From contig NC_134468.1 of the NCBI RefSeq assembly GCF_964194025.1, forward strand, positions 22,754,001 through 22,818,000: DNA of 64,000 bases. Direction: 5' to 3'. Positions 11,513 through 24,009 of the stretch are shown piece by piece (within the stretch, counting starts at the first letter, position 1; each line of letters starts with the position of its first letter). This stretch comes from Convolutriloba macropyga. Taxonomy: Eukaryota. Both the position numbers and the translations under genes were made by a program. The notes beneath the pieces are model-generated. The model had not been told where the DNA came from. It did not search any database and saw nothing but the letters and a program-made list of their open reading frames with translations.

Positions 11513-13699
11513 TTTGTTAAGAAATAGTTAGACGCAAAAAGTTTTGTCAAGATAAGGGAAGAACTATTCATTAAAGCTTGAAACTTAGTCGAATGCAAGA
11601 AGATGGAGTCTTCGACAAGGATGTATCAGCTGTTTTGGATCTAATGAGGAATAGACACCTGAAATTGGCGTTACTACCTTTTTTCTGATGTTGCTTTGAC
11701 TGTTGTTCTGTTTTTTTTTTACCTGGAACCTTGAAGTGCCTGTCAGCATTTATGATTGTTGGCTTCTGATGAAAGTTCTGATGGAAAATTGAGCTATTTA
11801 TCCCTGGAAAAGCAGAATGGCCAGAAAAGTTACGTCAAGCTAGAGAAAAGGTGATATCAGCCCGCTTTAAAGTATTTCAAACCTGACTATTTTGGAACTT
11901 AAAATTCTTGGAACTTTTACTATTCTTATAACCGCTGTTCTCGACAGTTTGTCATCATTCTAATCTTTAAAAGACTTAAGTTTGGTTAGTCTCATGGGTC
12001 CACAATTGTTTCTTAAGCTTGAATATAAAAAACTCGCGGAATGTAGTAGACTGGTTGAAACTGCTTGTCCGTTTTCTTCTATTTCATTCAAAATTAACTT
12101 TACTGCGAAAATTCTAATCTGAGAATTAGGCTACCTTGATGCATGCCGAGAACTTTTGTTTTTTATTAACCCCACAAATTAATTTGAGGGGTTTGGGAAA
12201 TGTGCCAGCCCGCATTTTGGTCAATGTAGGCCGATCAGTAATGAGAAGAAGAACAGAAGTGGTATCATTAATAAGAGCTAAAAAGTAGATGGGTTGTTGA
12301 ATAGCCTTTTTCATTTTTTCTAGGAGAAATGAGACTTGATGTTTTTTGAACTTTTCTCACCAGTGAACGTCGTCAGAGTGCCCAAAATGGTGTAAGTTTT
12401 TTCTGACGTTTCTGAGTGGTTGTTTTTCCCCCAAGACATTCTGTTTTGGATTGTTTCCTTTTTACTTGATGTGCATTATTTGTTGACTCCTTCGGTTTCT
12501 ATTATCTTTAGGTTTTAACTGGCGTCCGTATTTGTCGATTTAAGGATGCCTAATTTTAAAAGTAAAGTTTTTAACATGGGAAAAATGGATGTTTCACAAC
12601 TGAAACAAATTTTGATTACTGAACTGCATCATTTAGTACGAGTGAGTAGTTTGAGCTGGTAGTAAAATTTGATCTTCAAGACTTTTACGCTGCCTTTTTT
12701 TGCTTAGTTTACACTCTTTTGTACAAACAAAAAAATCAAAATTTGAATAAAATTGCGGTAATTTCTTGCTATACATGCTTATAATTCGGTCAAGCTGCAA
12801 TCTAAGTTAATTATAGATTTTTCTTCTCTTTATCCTTTTCTGTTGACTACCAAGCAGGTTTTTTTTAATATCTGCTAAAGTCAATTAAATGTTACTTTCA
12901 AGTTAAAGCATAGCTGTAGATATGCGTGATTTATGTATTGCTTGCAATGCATCAAGCTTTTGTGGAATATCTTTGCATGTCTTTTGTAGATTGTCTGATT
13001 TTCATTGCGTGTCCAAATTGTAATTACTGTATCTACATTAAGATGCCATATCATTAAATTCCGTTGTTCTGCTTTAAGAAGGAATTAATTAAGGTTTGCA
13101 CATTTCGGTCACATTTCCATAACAAGCTCACGTGAGGACGATCACTAATGTGCGTCAGCAGTTAAAAGTTCCAACCTGGCTTAAGTTAGATTTTATAATC
13201 GAACGTAAAAGCTGCATATTCAAACACTGAACACATAGCCATTGATTGAACACATTGCCATATATTTAATTGAAACAATTCTTCACTCTGATATTTACTC
13301 ATGAAATAGCGGCATAAAGTTTAAAAAATATCGAAAAAATTGAGAAAGGAGCTGTAAGATTTTTTAAAAATTTTTTATGTTACCAAGCATAGCGGTACCT
13401 TAATTTTATTGAAAAATACTGCTTTTTCATATGAAAACCGGAAGTGTATACAAATAATTTCATCAAATGTAAACAAAAAGCAGCACACAATTTTGGAAGA
13501 ATTATAACCGACAGTGAAATAAGACTTAAATATTTGTAGTTCCGAAAAGAAATATTTCAAACATCCATTGCTTCTAAAAATACAATTTCTTAAAAATTTC
13601 CGGGTAAAGTTCCCTTAAACCACCAACTATAGGTGTTGTTATGAACTATACGGTATATAGAAAAGCAGCGTCAACCTATAATCCGCGATTTGTAGATTT

Positions 13700-14090
13700 T
13701 AAGGAGAGAAGCTTTGTAGCAATTATAATAGTCCTTTGGTCTTTATGCTTTTTATGCGAATTTTTGCTTGAACAATTTTCCCTCTAACGCTTTTAATTTT
13801 GCGTCATGTAAAACAGGATAAACGGGTAAAGCGTGGAGGGCTTGAGTGGCTTAGCAGCTCTTTTAGGGCGTTACGCCGTACTAGTATCCAATTATGGGAT
13901 TTACTAACTTTTTTGAAGAGACCTGTTTTCATGGCGTGAAAGGAGGTGTTCTTAATCTTAGAGTGATCCTCTCAGTCACCCCCAATGTACGCCCTGATGG
14001 TAGCATTCCTAATTCACAGCTGCCTACTACCGAAGCTAGCGACCTGCCGGTCGTTTGAGAGCATTTCGTCCGACCTTAGTTGGTTGTTCT
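13700..14090 (+). mobile_element. Helentron-like copy, degenerate 5' end
   Basis: Shared blocks ggtaaagcgtggagggcttgagtggcttagcagctc and ccggtcgtttgagagcatttcgtccgaccttagttgg. Confidence 0.6.
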
Positions 14091-15585
14091 TTAGTTGCAT
14101 TTGATGACTTCAAATCTAAGACGTTTATACTTCTCAAAAAAGTCACTGTTTGCTTCAGTTCTTTTTTAAAAACGTTTGTTAACTTGTTTGTGATCACAGT
14201 AATAAAACAAAAAAAAAGAGAAAAATTTGCCATTTGTTTTTACAAATTCTGTTTTTTAATATCAACGAGATTTACCTTTGTGACCACCAAGTTTCATATG
14301 TTGGTTCTGACTCTTAAGTGACCTTAAAGCAACAAATCGACAGAAAAAAACACCCGGATTTCCATTGAGTTTTTTTGTGGTAAAAGTGGACAAAAAGAGA
14401 TTTTCAGGTTTCGAATTTAGTGTACTTGACCATTGAGTTTGTGCCTCTTTTTCCATAACTCACAATTATCGGGTTTGATTATTTTAAATTAATTTGCTGA
14501 ACCTTTTTTCTTTTTACTCGTATGAACAAATTAATCTTAAATTCATTTTTTTATCTTTTTAAAATATTTAAAATTTTGTTTTCATTTTAAGCTCTTCCAA
14601 ACCTTCAATATTGCATATTGGTTTATAATTATGCTTTTTCTGAACTACCAGAAGCAAGAAAAAGTGATGAAAGAGCGAATCGTATGTGGATTGCATCAGA
14701 TCAAAAAACAAACACCCTTTTATTTGTTCGACCAGATTTCCAAAAATTTACAGAGGAGCTAAGGAACTTACGAATCTACTTTCTTTCATTGTACATATTC
14801 TTTTTGCTTGTTCTTCTGTTTCTAATTTTGGGGAATGACTGCGAACAATGTTCGTTGTTCTTTCAAGTTCGACTGATATCTTAAAATCAAAAGATGTGAT
14901 ATTAGTAATAAATCCCTTTCCACATAAATGCTTTTAGTATTATAATTTTTTGGTTTGATAAAAAAGGCTTGATTCTGACTTTTTGTTGATGTACGTCTCT
15001 TTTACAATCAAATCATTTTCCCAAGGGCTTTTCAATGATACTTTAGTATCTCTCTGTAAAAGATATGGATTGGCTAAAATTGACTTGGCTAAATATGGAT
15101 TGGCTATAAGCGAGGGTAGGGTAGCACAAAGTTCTTAACGCACAAGTAAATTCAGGGGTTGGAACAACAATCTACGCTCATGTTTTCTTCCTCGTGTTTT
15201 TTTATACTTTGGTGGTTTTAGGTATGACTATACGTCATTTATTTTTTCGAGTTTTTTTTTACGTCAACGCAAACGGTGCCGTGTTAACCCGTCACGAAGC
15301 TACACATAATTTTGTTAATTAGTGCTTGCCGATTGACGCGTGTGTTCACTTAAAGCAAAATATGAGGCCACCCTTCACGAAACAACTCTAGAATTAATAA
15401 AAAGAAACTATCAACAATTTCGTGAATTCAATGAACCTAAATGATACACAGAAGTTCTAAATGCTCTGAAATCTACAGTAAATATGTACAAGCTATGGAA
15501 TAGCTATAGCTGCTACGTACAGTTCTTGTTTCAAAAAGCAGTGAAATTTTGAGTCTTCAAATATGGTCTCTTCTGATGTAATAGT

Positions 15586-17582
15586 TCACGCAGACTGTTC
15601 ACAAATGGTTTCACTTGTGTGTCGTGTGCATAGCCTAGTGGCGTACATCCAACAAGATGCACAAACACAATCACTCTCATGGAAGCTAGATCTCACTCTG
15701 AGAACTCTGCTCGTTAGATCCTCGCGATCGGATCCCTCGTTTCGATCGGGTGTTGTGCTGTAATAAAACACGTCATCGTTTTCGTCTTCTTCCACGATTG
15801 GTGATAACAGTGCAGAGAGGATTTCCGCTAGTTTGGTATTCTGTGTTGAGTTTAACGCATAGGTATTATGTCGTGCCTTTTGATTGGTCAATTGAATGTC
15901 GTTATTTGAAGATGTAATTGGGCTGGAGCTCGACCAATAATGTTGGTGTTTAACGTTGCTCATTTTATGAAATGAATCAAAAATGAAATCGCCTCCTACT
16001 CTTCCTGGCGTCTCTGAAATGACGTCATTGCTGTGGTTGCTGACGCTCAAAGGTGTAGAAATGTTTTGACCTGATAGTGAAGAATCGGTTGTGAAGTCGC
16101 TCTCGTCAAGATTGGTCAACTGCGGCTCCTCGTGAATGGTTGGGCAGATTGCTGTGAAATTTGTGGTGAAAGATGAAAGTCCTGGTGTCTGGTCATCCTC
16201 TGTAGTGGTCAACAGTTGAATGTCGTCGAAAGCGTCGCTTATCGACTTCAGATGCTTGATTGGAGTGAAGCTAGGCGTTGCAATTTGTGAAGTGATATTT
16301 GCTACTTCGGAATCAGATTTTGCTGAAACATAAAAAAAAACAAATAGCACTTTCTTCTAAAATGATAGAATCGATGTACAAAAATTAATAGTTATACAGG
16401 TGCAGTATACAAGTTCTATGTAAAGTGTTTTTTTGGTGGATTCTATCTACTACGACGTTATAGAACTGAAAGGTGAAGCCGAGCTGTTGGATATCTTCGA
16501 GAGGTCGGTCAATAGAAGCGTGTGGTAATTAATGTCTATAAGCAACGTGTTGCGATTGCTACAGCTGCTTAACTTCGGCCAGTTTTGCTGAGTTGAAGTT
16601 AAATGACGGTGCTGAGTTGGCAGAACTTTGTACTCTAATCCCAAAATAACCCTAGAATTACAGCGGGTGTGAAATTTGTTTGGTAAATTTTGCAACTGCT
16701 GTGATCGCAACAGAATCTGATAAATTGAATGCAAATTTTCGATCAGTTGGATAAGTTCTTTTTTGCTTTTCTATGTATTGGTTGTCGTAAAAATAACGAA
16801 GTAATGAAATGTGAGCATTTTCAACTAGATACCTAACTAGGAAAACCTTAGGCTATAACGTGGCAAATCAAACGTGTCATGCGTTATTACATAATTAGGC
16901 AAATGTAATTTGATTGCGTAATATAGCAGAATAGAATAAAGTAGAAGTAGTGAATACAAACCTCGTTTGGCACATGGGTCATTGATGGTCCATTTGACGG
17001 ATCCTCGTCTGAACAACTTCTGGGGCACAAACTGCATCTCATGATCGAGAGTGTCCCCCACTCTGGAGAGGAGCTCTTCTGAGTGCCAAGAACAGTATTT
17101 GGCATCCATGATCAAGTGTCCTATGATCTCACCCACACTCAGACCATCTCTCAACTCTAAATTACAAATTTTTAACTCTTCATTTTATTTTTGAACGCAT
17201 TCAAAATTTATTTGTTTATTTGGTGTTTAAAGGACGAAACTTTTGCGAAGGAGAGCTGCAATTTACGTGTTAGTGTTTTTGCAATCTAGGTCAAAATAAA
17301 TCAACCATTTGACTTATAAACTATCGCAATATTTGCAGAAGGGTAATTAAATTGTATTTATTTAGATTTCAATTGATGAAAAAGGATATGAGTATTGTTT
17401 AGTGTCGTACCTGCTAGAATCCGTTTGATGTCTGAAACCAATTGATCACCTGTACTCGTTTCAGTCCCTGTGGTCAAGTCAGAATCGGAGAAGAGCTTTC
17501 GTTTTATTTTCATTTCGTCTAATTTGCAAATTCGTTGTCTCTTTAAGAATGGCGTACTAGTTGAAACAATGAATTTGTTCAT
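15586..17582 (-). CDS. 3-exon gene (17582-17411, 17156-16962, 16322-15586; 367 aa): divergent forkhead/winged-helix protein, FoxM-like, with S/T-rich tail and C-terminal Cys/His cluster
   Basis: Two GT-AG phase-1 introns join three tracked ORFs in frame (KRILA-E-LRDG; CAKR-A-KSDS). Exon 2 LSVGEIIGHLIMDAKY..VGDTLDHEMQFV..WTINDP follows forkhead helix/wing spacing. An extra exon within 16450-16860 cannot be excluded. Confidence 0.7.
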
Positions 17583-17764
17583 TTTCTGATATGTGAATAA
17601 CGATACAGAAGCGAAATGAAATGAGGTTCCCACTTGCCAATGGTTATTTTCTGTTCACCGAATTTCAAAAAGAACTGAAACCACTGTTTTTAATAGAGCT
17701 TTAGTTTTTAAAATAATTTGAAGTTCGAGGCTGCTCTGTTTTTATAGCTCTGCGCTTAATTGAG

Positions 17765-18110
17765 GCTCCTATAATCACTCCAAAAATTGAGGATTATTGT
17801 TCTATTAAACTGTTCATCTGTGCTTTGTAATTTAATCGGAGCTACTTTGATTAGCAATACGCTTTTAATCAGTTGATTACAAACCCTGTTAATTGTCCCA
17901 ATATTGATAATAGCAAGGGATTAATCAAAGAGTTTATCAAAAAGTTACTTTTTGCCTAATAATTAATCAGCATCTTATTGACGGTAAGTCGGTATTAATT
18001 AAAGATAGTCAAACTTATTAAAGAATACATAAATTTTTATATTAAAAGGCGAAAGAGTTAAACAGCCAATTTACGATTAATCAAAGCATCTTATTTAGCA
18101 ATCAAAGAAA
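17765..18110. promoter_or_regulatory. Candidate enhancer: cluster of TCF/LEF-type and homeodomain-type motifs
   Basis: CTTTGAT/ATCAAAG at 17845, 17924, 18080, 18101; many TAATC/GATTA; GATTAATCAAAG occurs twice. Confidence 0.35.
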
Positions 18111-19642
18111 TGAAACCGATGTCAGTGTCAACTGTTCCGTTTCAAAGGCAGAGTCTTATCCGAATTTAGGAGCACACACCAATGCTTGTGACTCGTACAT
18201 AGTGCGGTTTGAAATCTAACTTTTTGAGTGAACTGTGTTTGTAATAATAATAAAAGCCAACGTTGCTTCGGCACAAACTAGTCTTTTCAAGAGCATTATC
18301 ATTTGGAATGCCAAATAGTATTAATGGCTACATTTAGCATAGATTATTGTTGAATTGCGCAGATGCAAATGATAGTCAAGTTTTCGGGTCTCACGAGACA
18401 TGAAATATCGATTTAATAGTTCCCCTGATCAGTCTGGAATTACATGGGTACGGTAGCGAAACTGAGAAGGAAATACTCAAAATCAAGTAAAAAACTTAGA
18501 AGCCATAGAAAATTGACACATCATTCATTAAAATAAACCTCGAAAGAGACCGGTCCAAAAAATAGCTCGGCGAACGCTTATTGCTGAGAATAAATGATTT
18601 GGAAATAAACCATTTATTGAAATAAAGTGAAATAGATGATTTGGTTTAGAAATGTTGAATTTCATGACTCTTAACGGACAAAAAATGGTTATTACTGTTA
18701 AATACAGGTGTATAAAAATGTATAAAATTGCCGGTCAAAGTTGAGAATAGCAGTTCCGAAGAGTAGGTGGGTTGGCATAATAGCGCGCTGGTTGTGACCA
18801 TCCATCGCCTATTGAGATGCATGATGCATCTGTGAAGATTTGACATATAATATAGAATAACGCTGTTCAAATCTGACAAGTGAGTGTTTAGATTACAGCT
18901 ATTGCTCGGTTTGATTAAAATCGCCTATTTTGTACGTTGTGTGCTTTGGTGACCCACGTGAGTTAAAATATGTTTCAATTTTGGTGTGCGTTGTTTGGTA
19001 CCGGAAGTGTCAGCTAATTTTTTGTTGGCCGATATACTCATTTCTGAGCTCGTTTTTGAGATCTTTGTTCCCTAAATTGGTTTATATCCTGAACCTCAAT
19101 CAAAACACGTCGGTACTGTATTCGTGTCAGAATTTAAATTAATTCAACAATCTTTTGAAATCCAAATAAGATCGTGTTTTTATTCTCTTGAATACGATAG
19201 AGAGCCGTTTTAAAAAGATATAAATTGATATTTTACATTGCTACCAAAATGACCACGGCCCAGAAGTTCAGAGTAAAAGCAACTCCTTAAAGTTCAAATC
19301 ACATTGAAGCACGAACTTCAATCAACTTTTGCTTGGCTGCTGTATGATTGAACTAGTATCAAGTTGTTAATCAGAGGTCACGTATTTGAAGCATTAGCTC
19401 AATACAACAAGAATAAGATCCTGGCTAATAAAAACGCACGCAAATGCGTTAGAATTGAATAAATGAAAGCTTTTAATCAAAGAAAAATTTTAGGAGGAAT
19501 TAATAAACAAATATATGAAGTACTGTTTTACAAATCAAGCGTTTTATTTGTTATTTGTGCTGTACTTTTCGAAAACATCTCACAACGTTAGAATTTATTC
19601 ATTTGGACTTTTAATTAGGTAACTGTTCATGAAAATTTACGT

Positions 19643-22161
19643 ATGAACCGGAAAAAGGAGGTTGACGACCAGCGTCTTTTAGACTCGGCCTCCGATTCCA
19701 CACAGTATGGATCTGTTGATATAAAGGAACCTCGCACACCTGGCCAAATCGAAACAGAAAAACGACAATCAGACGAAAATTTAGATAACAGACCTGAAAA
19801 AGTTCTCGAAGAGAACGGATCGTACACAGTGGCAGAGGTGATAGGTGCAATTGGTTTTGGAAGATCTCAGATCATTTTGATAGCAATCACATTTTTTGTA
19901 CCTTTTGGGGAAATTGGAGAAATTATGCTGATGCCAATTTTGTCAACTCGATTGTATGCCGAAATGGGACTGACACCCAAAATGGAATCACTTCTGGCGT
20001 CCGCCTCGTTTTTCGGGTTTGCAATCGGGTACCCATTTTGGGGAGTGGTGGCGGACAGGGTTGGTAGGAAGCCAGCTCTCATTTTTACCCATTGTTGGAT
20101 TCTGTTGTGGGGAATAATGTCGGCCGCAGCTCCGAGTATCTCCTGGTTGATTGCATTCAGGATTATGTATTCTTTAGCAGGAGGTAAATCACAGTCCTAA
20201 TATATATATAACGGGAGGAGGTAACAGATATGCTTAGAAATAATATTCGTTTATTTCTGTAAAGCGTAGCTTTATTTTAGCTTCATTTTAGCACCAAATT
20301 AGTTTCTGGGGATTCAAACATATAAGCAACAAAATCGAGTAATTACTGACCTGATTTCAGTCTATCAAAAATACGACATTCCGGAAAGCAATAGTCTTTT
20401 GCATCGCTCTCAGGCCTTAAAGATTTGAATGTACGAATGCTTGACAATTCGACCTTGGTAATGACAAACAGTTACGTTTTTTGATGTTCATCTTAATAAT
20501 TATTTATTATATCTTACGTTAAACAGCCCACAATATGTTACATTTACCGTTTTATGGTATCAATTTATTCGTATAAATGATTTATTTCAAAAGAGTTTGT
20601 ATTATTGTGTTTGTTCAGCAAAGAATCTTGCTATTTTTAAAAATAATTTTTTCTTTAAAAATGAAAAAACTATCAATATTTTCTTTTTCGTCTCATTTTT
20701 CAGATAGCGAAGGCAAGCTTATTTAGTCGATTTGTAAATTAGGCAACCAACTGTTTGTTTTAAGGTAGAAACTATAGATAGAAAGTTTGTTTTTTGGATA
20801 ATGAAGTAGTTCCCGATAATTTCCCTATTGAATTGATCGCCTCAGAATCAATAAGTTGCACGAAATAGCTTTCAACGTAACTCACTGGACTTAAAGTTTT
20901 TTGTAAATTAAAAAAAATTGAAACTTGTATTTTTAATTTATATGCTTCAGAATCTGTCACTTAAGTCGGAGGAACATATTGCAATTTTGAGGTATAATTC
21001 TAATACAATTCAAGTTTTCTGTATTACACTTAAAAAGTTTAATGCATTTTAATCATATCGGATGGGAGAATTACAGAGATTATTTTCTCTCATTTGAGCT
21101 AAATATCACCAGTTTTTTAATGAACTTTAGGTACACTAGGACTATTGTTCCCACTGTACCAAGAATTTCTGGCCCCAGAGCACCGACGCATCGCATACAT
21201 CATTTGCTGCGGAATCGGGACTGTGTCGGGTAAAATCCTGCCCATTGCACTCGCTCTTCCCTTACTGGACAATGAAGATGGCTCCTGGCGCTGTTTTCTA
21301 CTCCTTCTTCTGATCCCATTTGTCATTTTCATTCCATTGGCTGCACTTTTCCTGGACGAGAGTCCGAGGTTCCTAATGAATCAAGGAAAAATCACGGAAT
21401 CTAAACGGGTTTTACGCAAAATTGCCGCCAGGAATGAGAAACAACTACCTGAAACGTTTGCTCTTGTTGATACGGTGGAGATTGGTGACGTAAAACCTTC
21501 ATCGAAAACAGAAGATTTCTCATTTTGGGATTATGTCATCGAAACTATGCTTGACCGAGCTATTCTCCGAGGATTTCTTTGCTTTCTGGCAATGGGTTTG
21601 GCTGCTAAGTTTGCTCTTCTCGGAACCTCTTTTGTGAAAACTGAGTTCATATTCAAGCAAGGAGGAGATGGAAGCTACTGTGAATACAGCGGAGAAAATG
21701 ACCGTCATTATTTGAAAACTGAAGACTATTTAAAATTGCTAATGTCAAGCACTATTGAATTCCTATCCATATTATTAATAATACCCTTATTACTTTGCGA
21801 GGTCAGCGTAAGAAATACAAACTTAGCCGCGTACGGTGTCAGTTGGATCACAACCTTATTCCTTTATTTTTGTCCGCAATTGATATTGGCTCTTGTGATT
21901 ATAACAATCGAGAATATCGCAATTACGGCTGCAAGTCTGATCCAGTTGATTGGGTTGTCGGGAATTCTTCCCACTAAGGTGCGGGCTACCCTCTTCGGAT
22001 TGGCGAACTTCATAATGTACCTGACTCTTCCAGCTACACCCTATTTGACCCAACATTTAGCAAAATGGTCGCAATATTATTTCACATCAGTCAATCTTGC
22101 ATTTATGACTTTGGGTTTTATTGGCGCTCTGCTAATACCAAGAAAACTAGTTGTCAATTGA
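19643..22161 (+). CDS. MFS transporter, SVOP/SV2-related (exons 19643-20183, 21131-22161; 523 aa)
   Basis: YTVAEVIGAIGFGRSQ, EIMLMPIL, ADRVGRK, YQEFLAP, SWR, ESPRFL, PTKVRA motifs; phase-1 GT-AG intron 20184-21130 joins the two ORFs in frame. Confidence 0.9.
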
Positions 22162-22427
22162 AACTCAGTTATTAGTTATGCTCAATTTATTCTAAGCTGT
22201 CAAAAAAAACGGTCCGAAACTGCACAGGCTTAGGTCCCACTCCGAATTGACCTCTAATCAGGCTGACTCGAGCGCACACCCGTGTATTCTGCGCTCAAAA
22301 TTGCATGGTTTTGGTGATCTCAAGAAAATAGGATAGTCTGATCAGAGGAGTATGCGAGCGGAATCGAATTGAGTCTGGTCAGAGAATCAGAGACCTCGGA
22401 TCAACTGCTTTTAATTTAAACTACCTA

Positions 22428-24009
22428 CCTAGGTTTTGGTCCAGACCCAAATTGAGCTATGATCAGACCCAATCGAGCGCACACCCCTGTGTTCCCAGAC
22501 AGAAATTACAGGGTCTGGAAAGCGGTTCGAGCGCACAATAGTCTGGACCATGGTCTGATTTCGGTCTGATCAGAGGTCAATTCGGTCTGGACGGTCTGAT
22601 CATGGTCTTTTTAGTCTGGGCCATGGTCTGGGTTCGGTCTGATCAGAGGTCAATTCGTTCTAGAAGGTCTGATCACAGTCTTTTTAGTCTGGACCATGGT
22701 CTGGTTTCGGTCTGATCAGAGGTCAATTCGGTCTGGAAGGTCTGATCACAGTCTTTATAGTCTGGACCATGGTCTGGGTTCGGCCTGATCAGAGGTCAAT
22801 TCGCTCTAGAAGGTCTCATCACAGTCTTTTTAGTCTGGACCATGGTCTGGTTTCGGTCTGATCAGAGGTCAATTCGGTCTGGAAGGTCTGATCACAGTCT
22901 TTATAGTCTGGACCATGGTCTGGGTTCGGTCTGATCAGAGGTCAATTCGTTCTAGAAGGTCTGATCACAGTCTTTTTAGTCTGGACCATGGTCTGGTTTC
23001 GGTCTGATCAGAGGTCAATTCGGTCTGGAAGGTCTGATCACAGTCTTTATAGTCTGGACCATGGTCTGGGTTCGGTCTGATCAGAGGTCAATTCGTTCTA
23101 GAAGGTCTGATCACAGTCTTTTTAGTCTGCACCATGGTCTGGTTTCGGTCTGATCAGAGGTCAATTCGGTCTGGAAGGTCTGATCACAGTCTTTATAGTC
23201 TGGACCATGGTCTGGGTTCGGTCTGATCAGAGGTCAATTCGGTCTGGAATGTCTGATTTCGAGTGCATTATTTTTTAAATTTTTTTTATTGAGGGATGTT
23301 GGCTCTGCCAAGAGGCAACAATAAAGTAGCGTTCCGATAAGAGACTCATCAAAAGTCCGATGGCTCTGATCAGAAACAAGGAGTCCAGCTGATAGCAAAT
23401 GCCAGTCCCCTCAAGAGGAAATTTTGATTAACTAAAGACCACGACGTTTCTTGTGGAAAGCTGTCTAAGTTCATCCATTGAGTCCGAAATATGAACTAAG
23501 GGGTATGGTAAATAAAATTTTTTTCTCAACAGTTAGGTTTCGTTTTCATTAGCAATATTTTCAGAATTGGCTTTTCCTTAGATGATTTTAATACTGCAAA
23601 CACCAGTTTTTTTGAAATGAATACAAAATTAAGAGATTTGTTCATAATTAAAATCTTTCTCTGATCAGACTATTTTGAGCGCACTTGAGTCTGATCATAG
23701 TATGATTAAGGTTTGGGCTAGGGTCTGAAATTTAGTCTGGACCATGGTCTGAAGATGGTCTGATCATAGTCTGTTTATAATCTGGACAATGGTCTGAATT
23801 TGGGTCTGATCATAAGCGCACTATAGTCTGGACAGTGGTCTGGGTTAGGTCTGATCAGAGGACATTTTAGTCTGGAAAGTCTGATCAGAGATCATTTTGG
23901 TCTGGAAGGTCTGATCAGAGGTAACTTTGGTCTGGAAAATCTGATCAGAGGTCATTTCAGTCTGCATAGTCTGATCATAGTTCAATTTGGGTCTGGACCT
24001 AAACCTGGG
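22428..24009. mobile_element. Non-autonomous TIR (foldback/MITE-like) element rich in TCTGATCAGA palindromes
   Basis: 41-bp TIR with 3 mismatches: 22428-22468 vs 23969-24009. A second degenerate left end lies at 22219-22237. Related decayed sequence at 34740-36050 and 37700-38960. Confidence 0.75.
22540..23257. repeat. 73-bp tandem repeat, about 10 units, alternating two variants (146-bp dimer)
   Basis: Unit starts (agtctgg/agtctgc) at 22540, 22613, 22686, 22759, 22832, 22905, 22978, 23051, 23124, 23197. Confidence 0.95.

Noticed and set aside
16450-16734. 94-aa ORF as an additional exon of the forkhead-like gene
   Set aside because: The obvious acceptor gives a stop in the required phase; exons 2 and 3 join in frame without it.
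17660-17725. CHR-like TTTGAA sites near the forkhead-like start
   Set aside because: The hexamer is too common in this AT-rich DNA to count as evidence.
22540-23257. Regular palindromic repeats resembling a CRISPR array
   Set aside because: No unique spacers (units are contiguous and near-identical), no cas genes, eukaryotic context.
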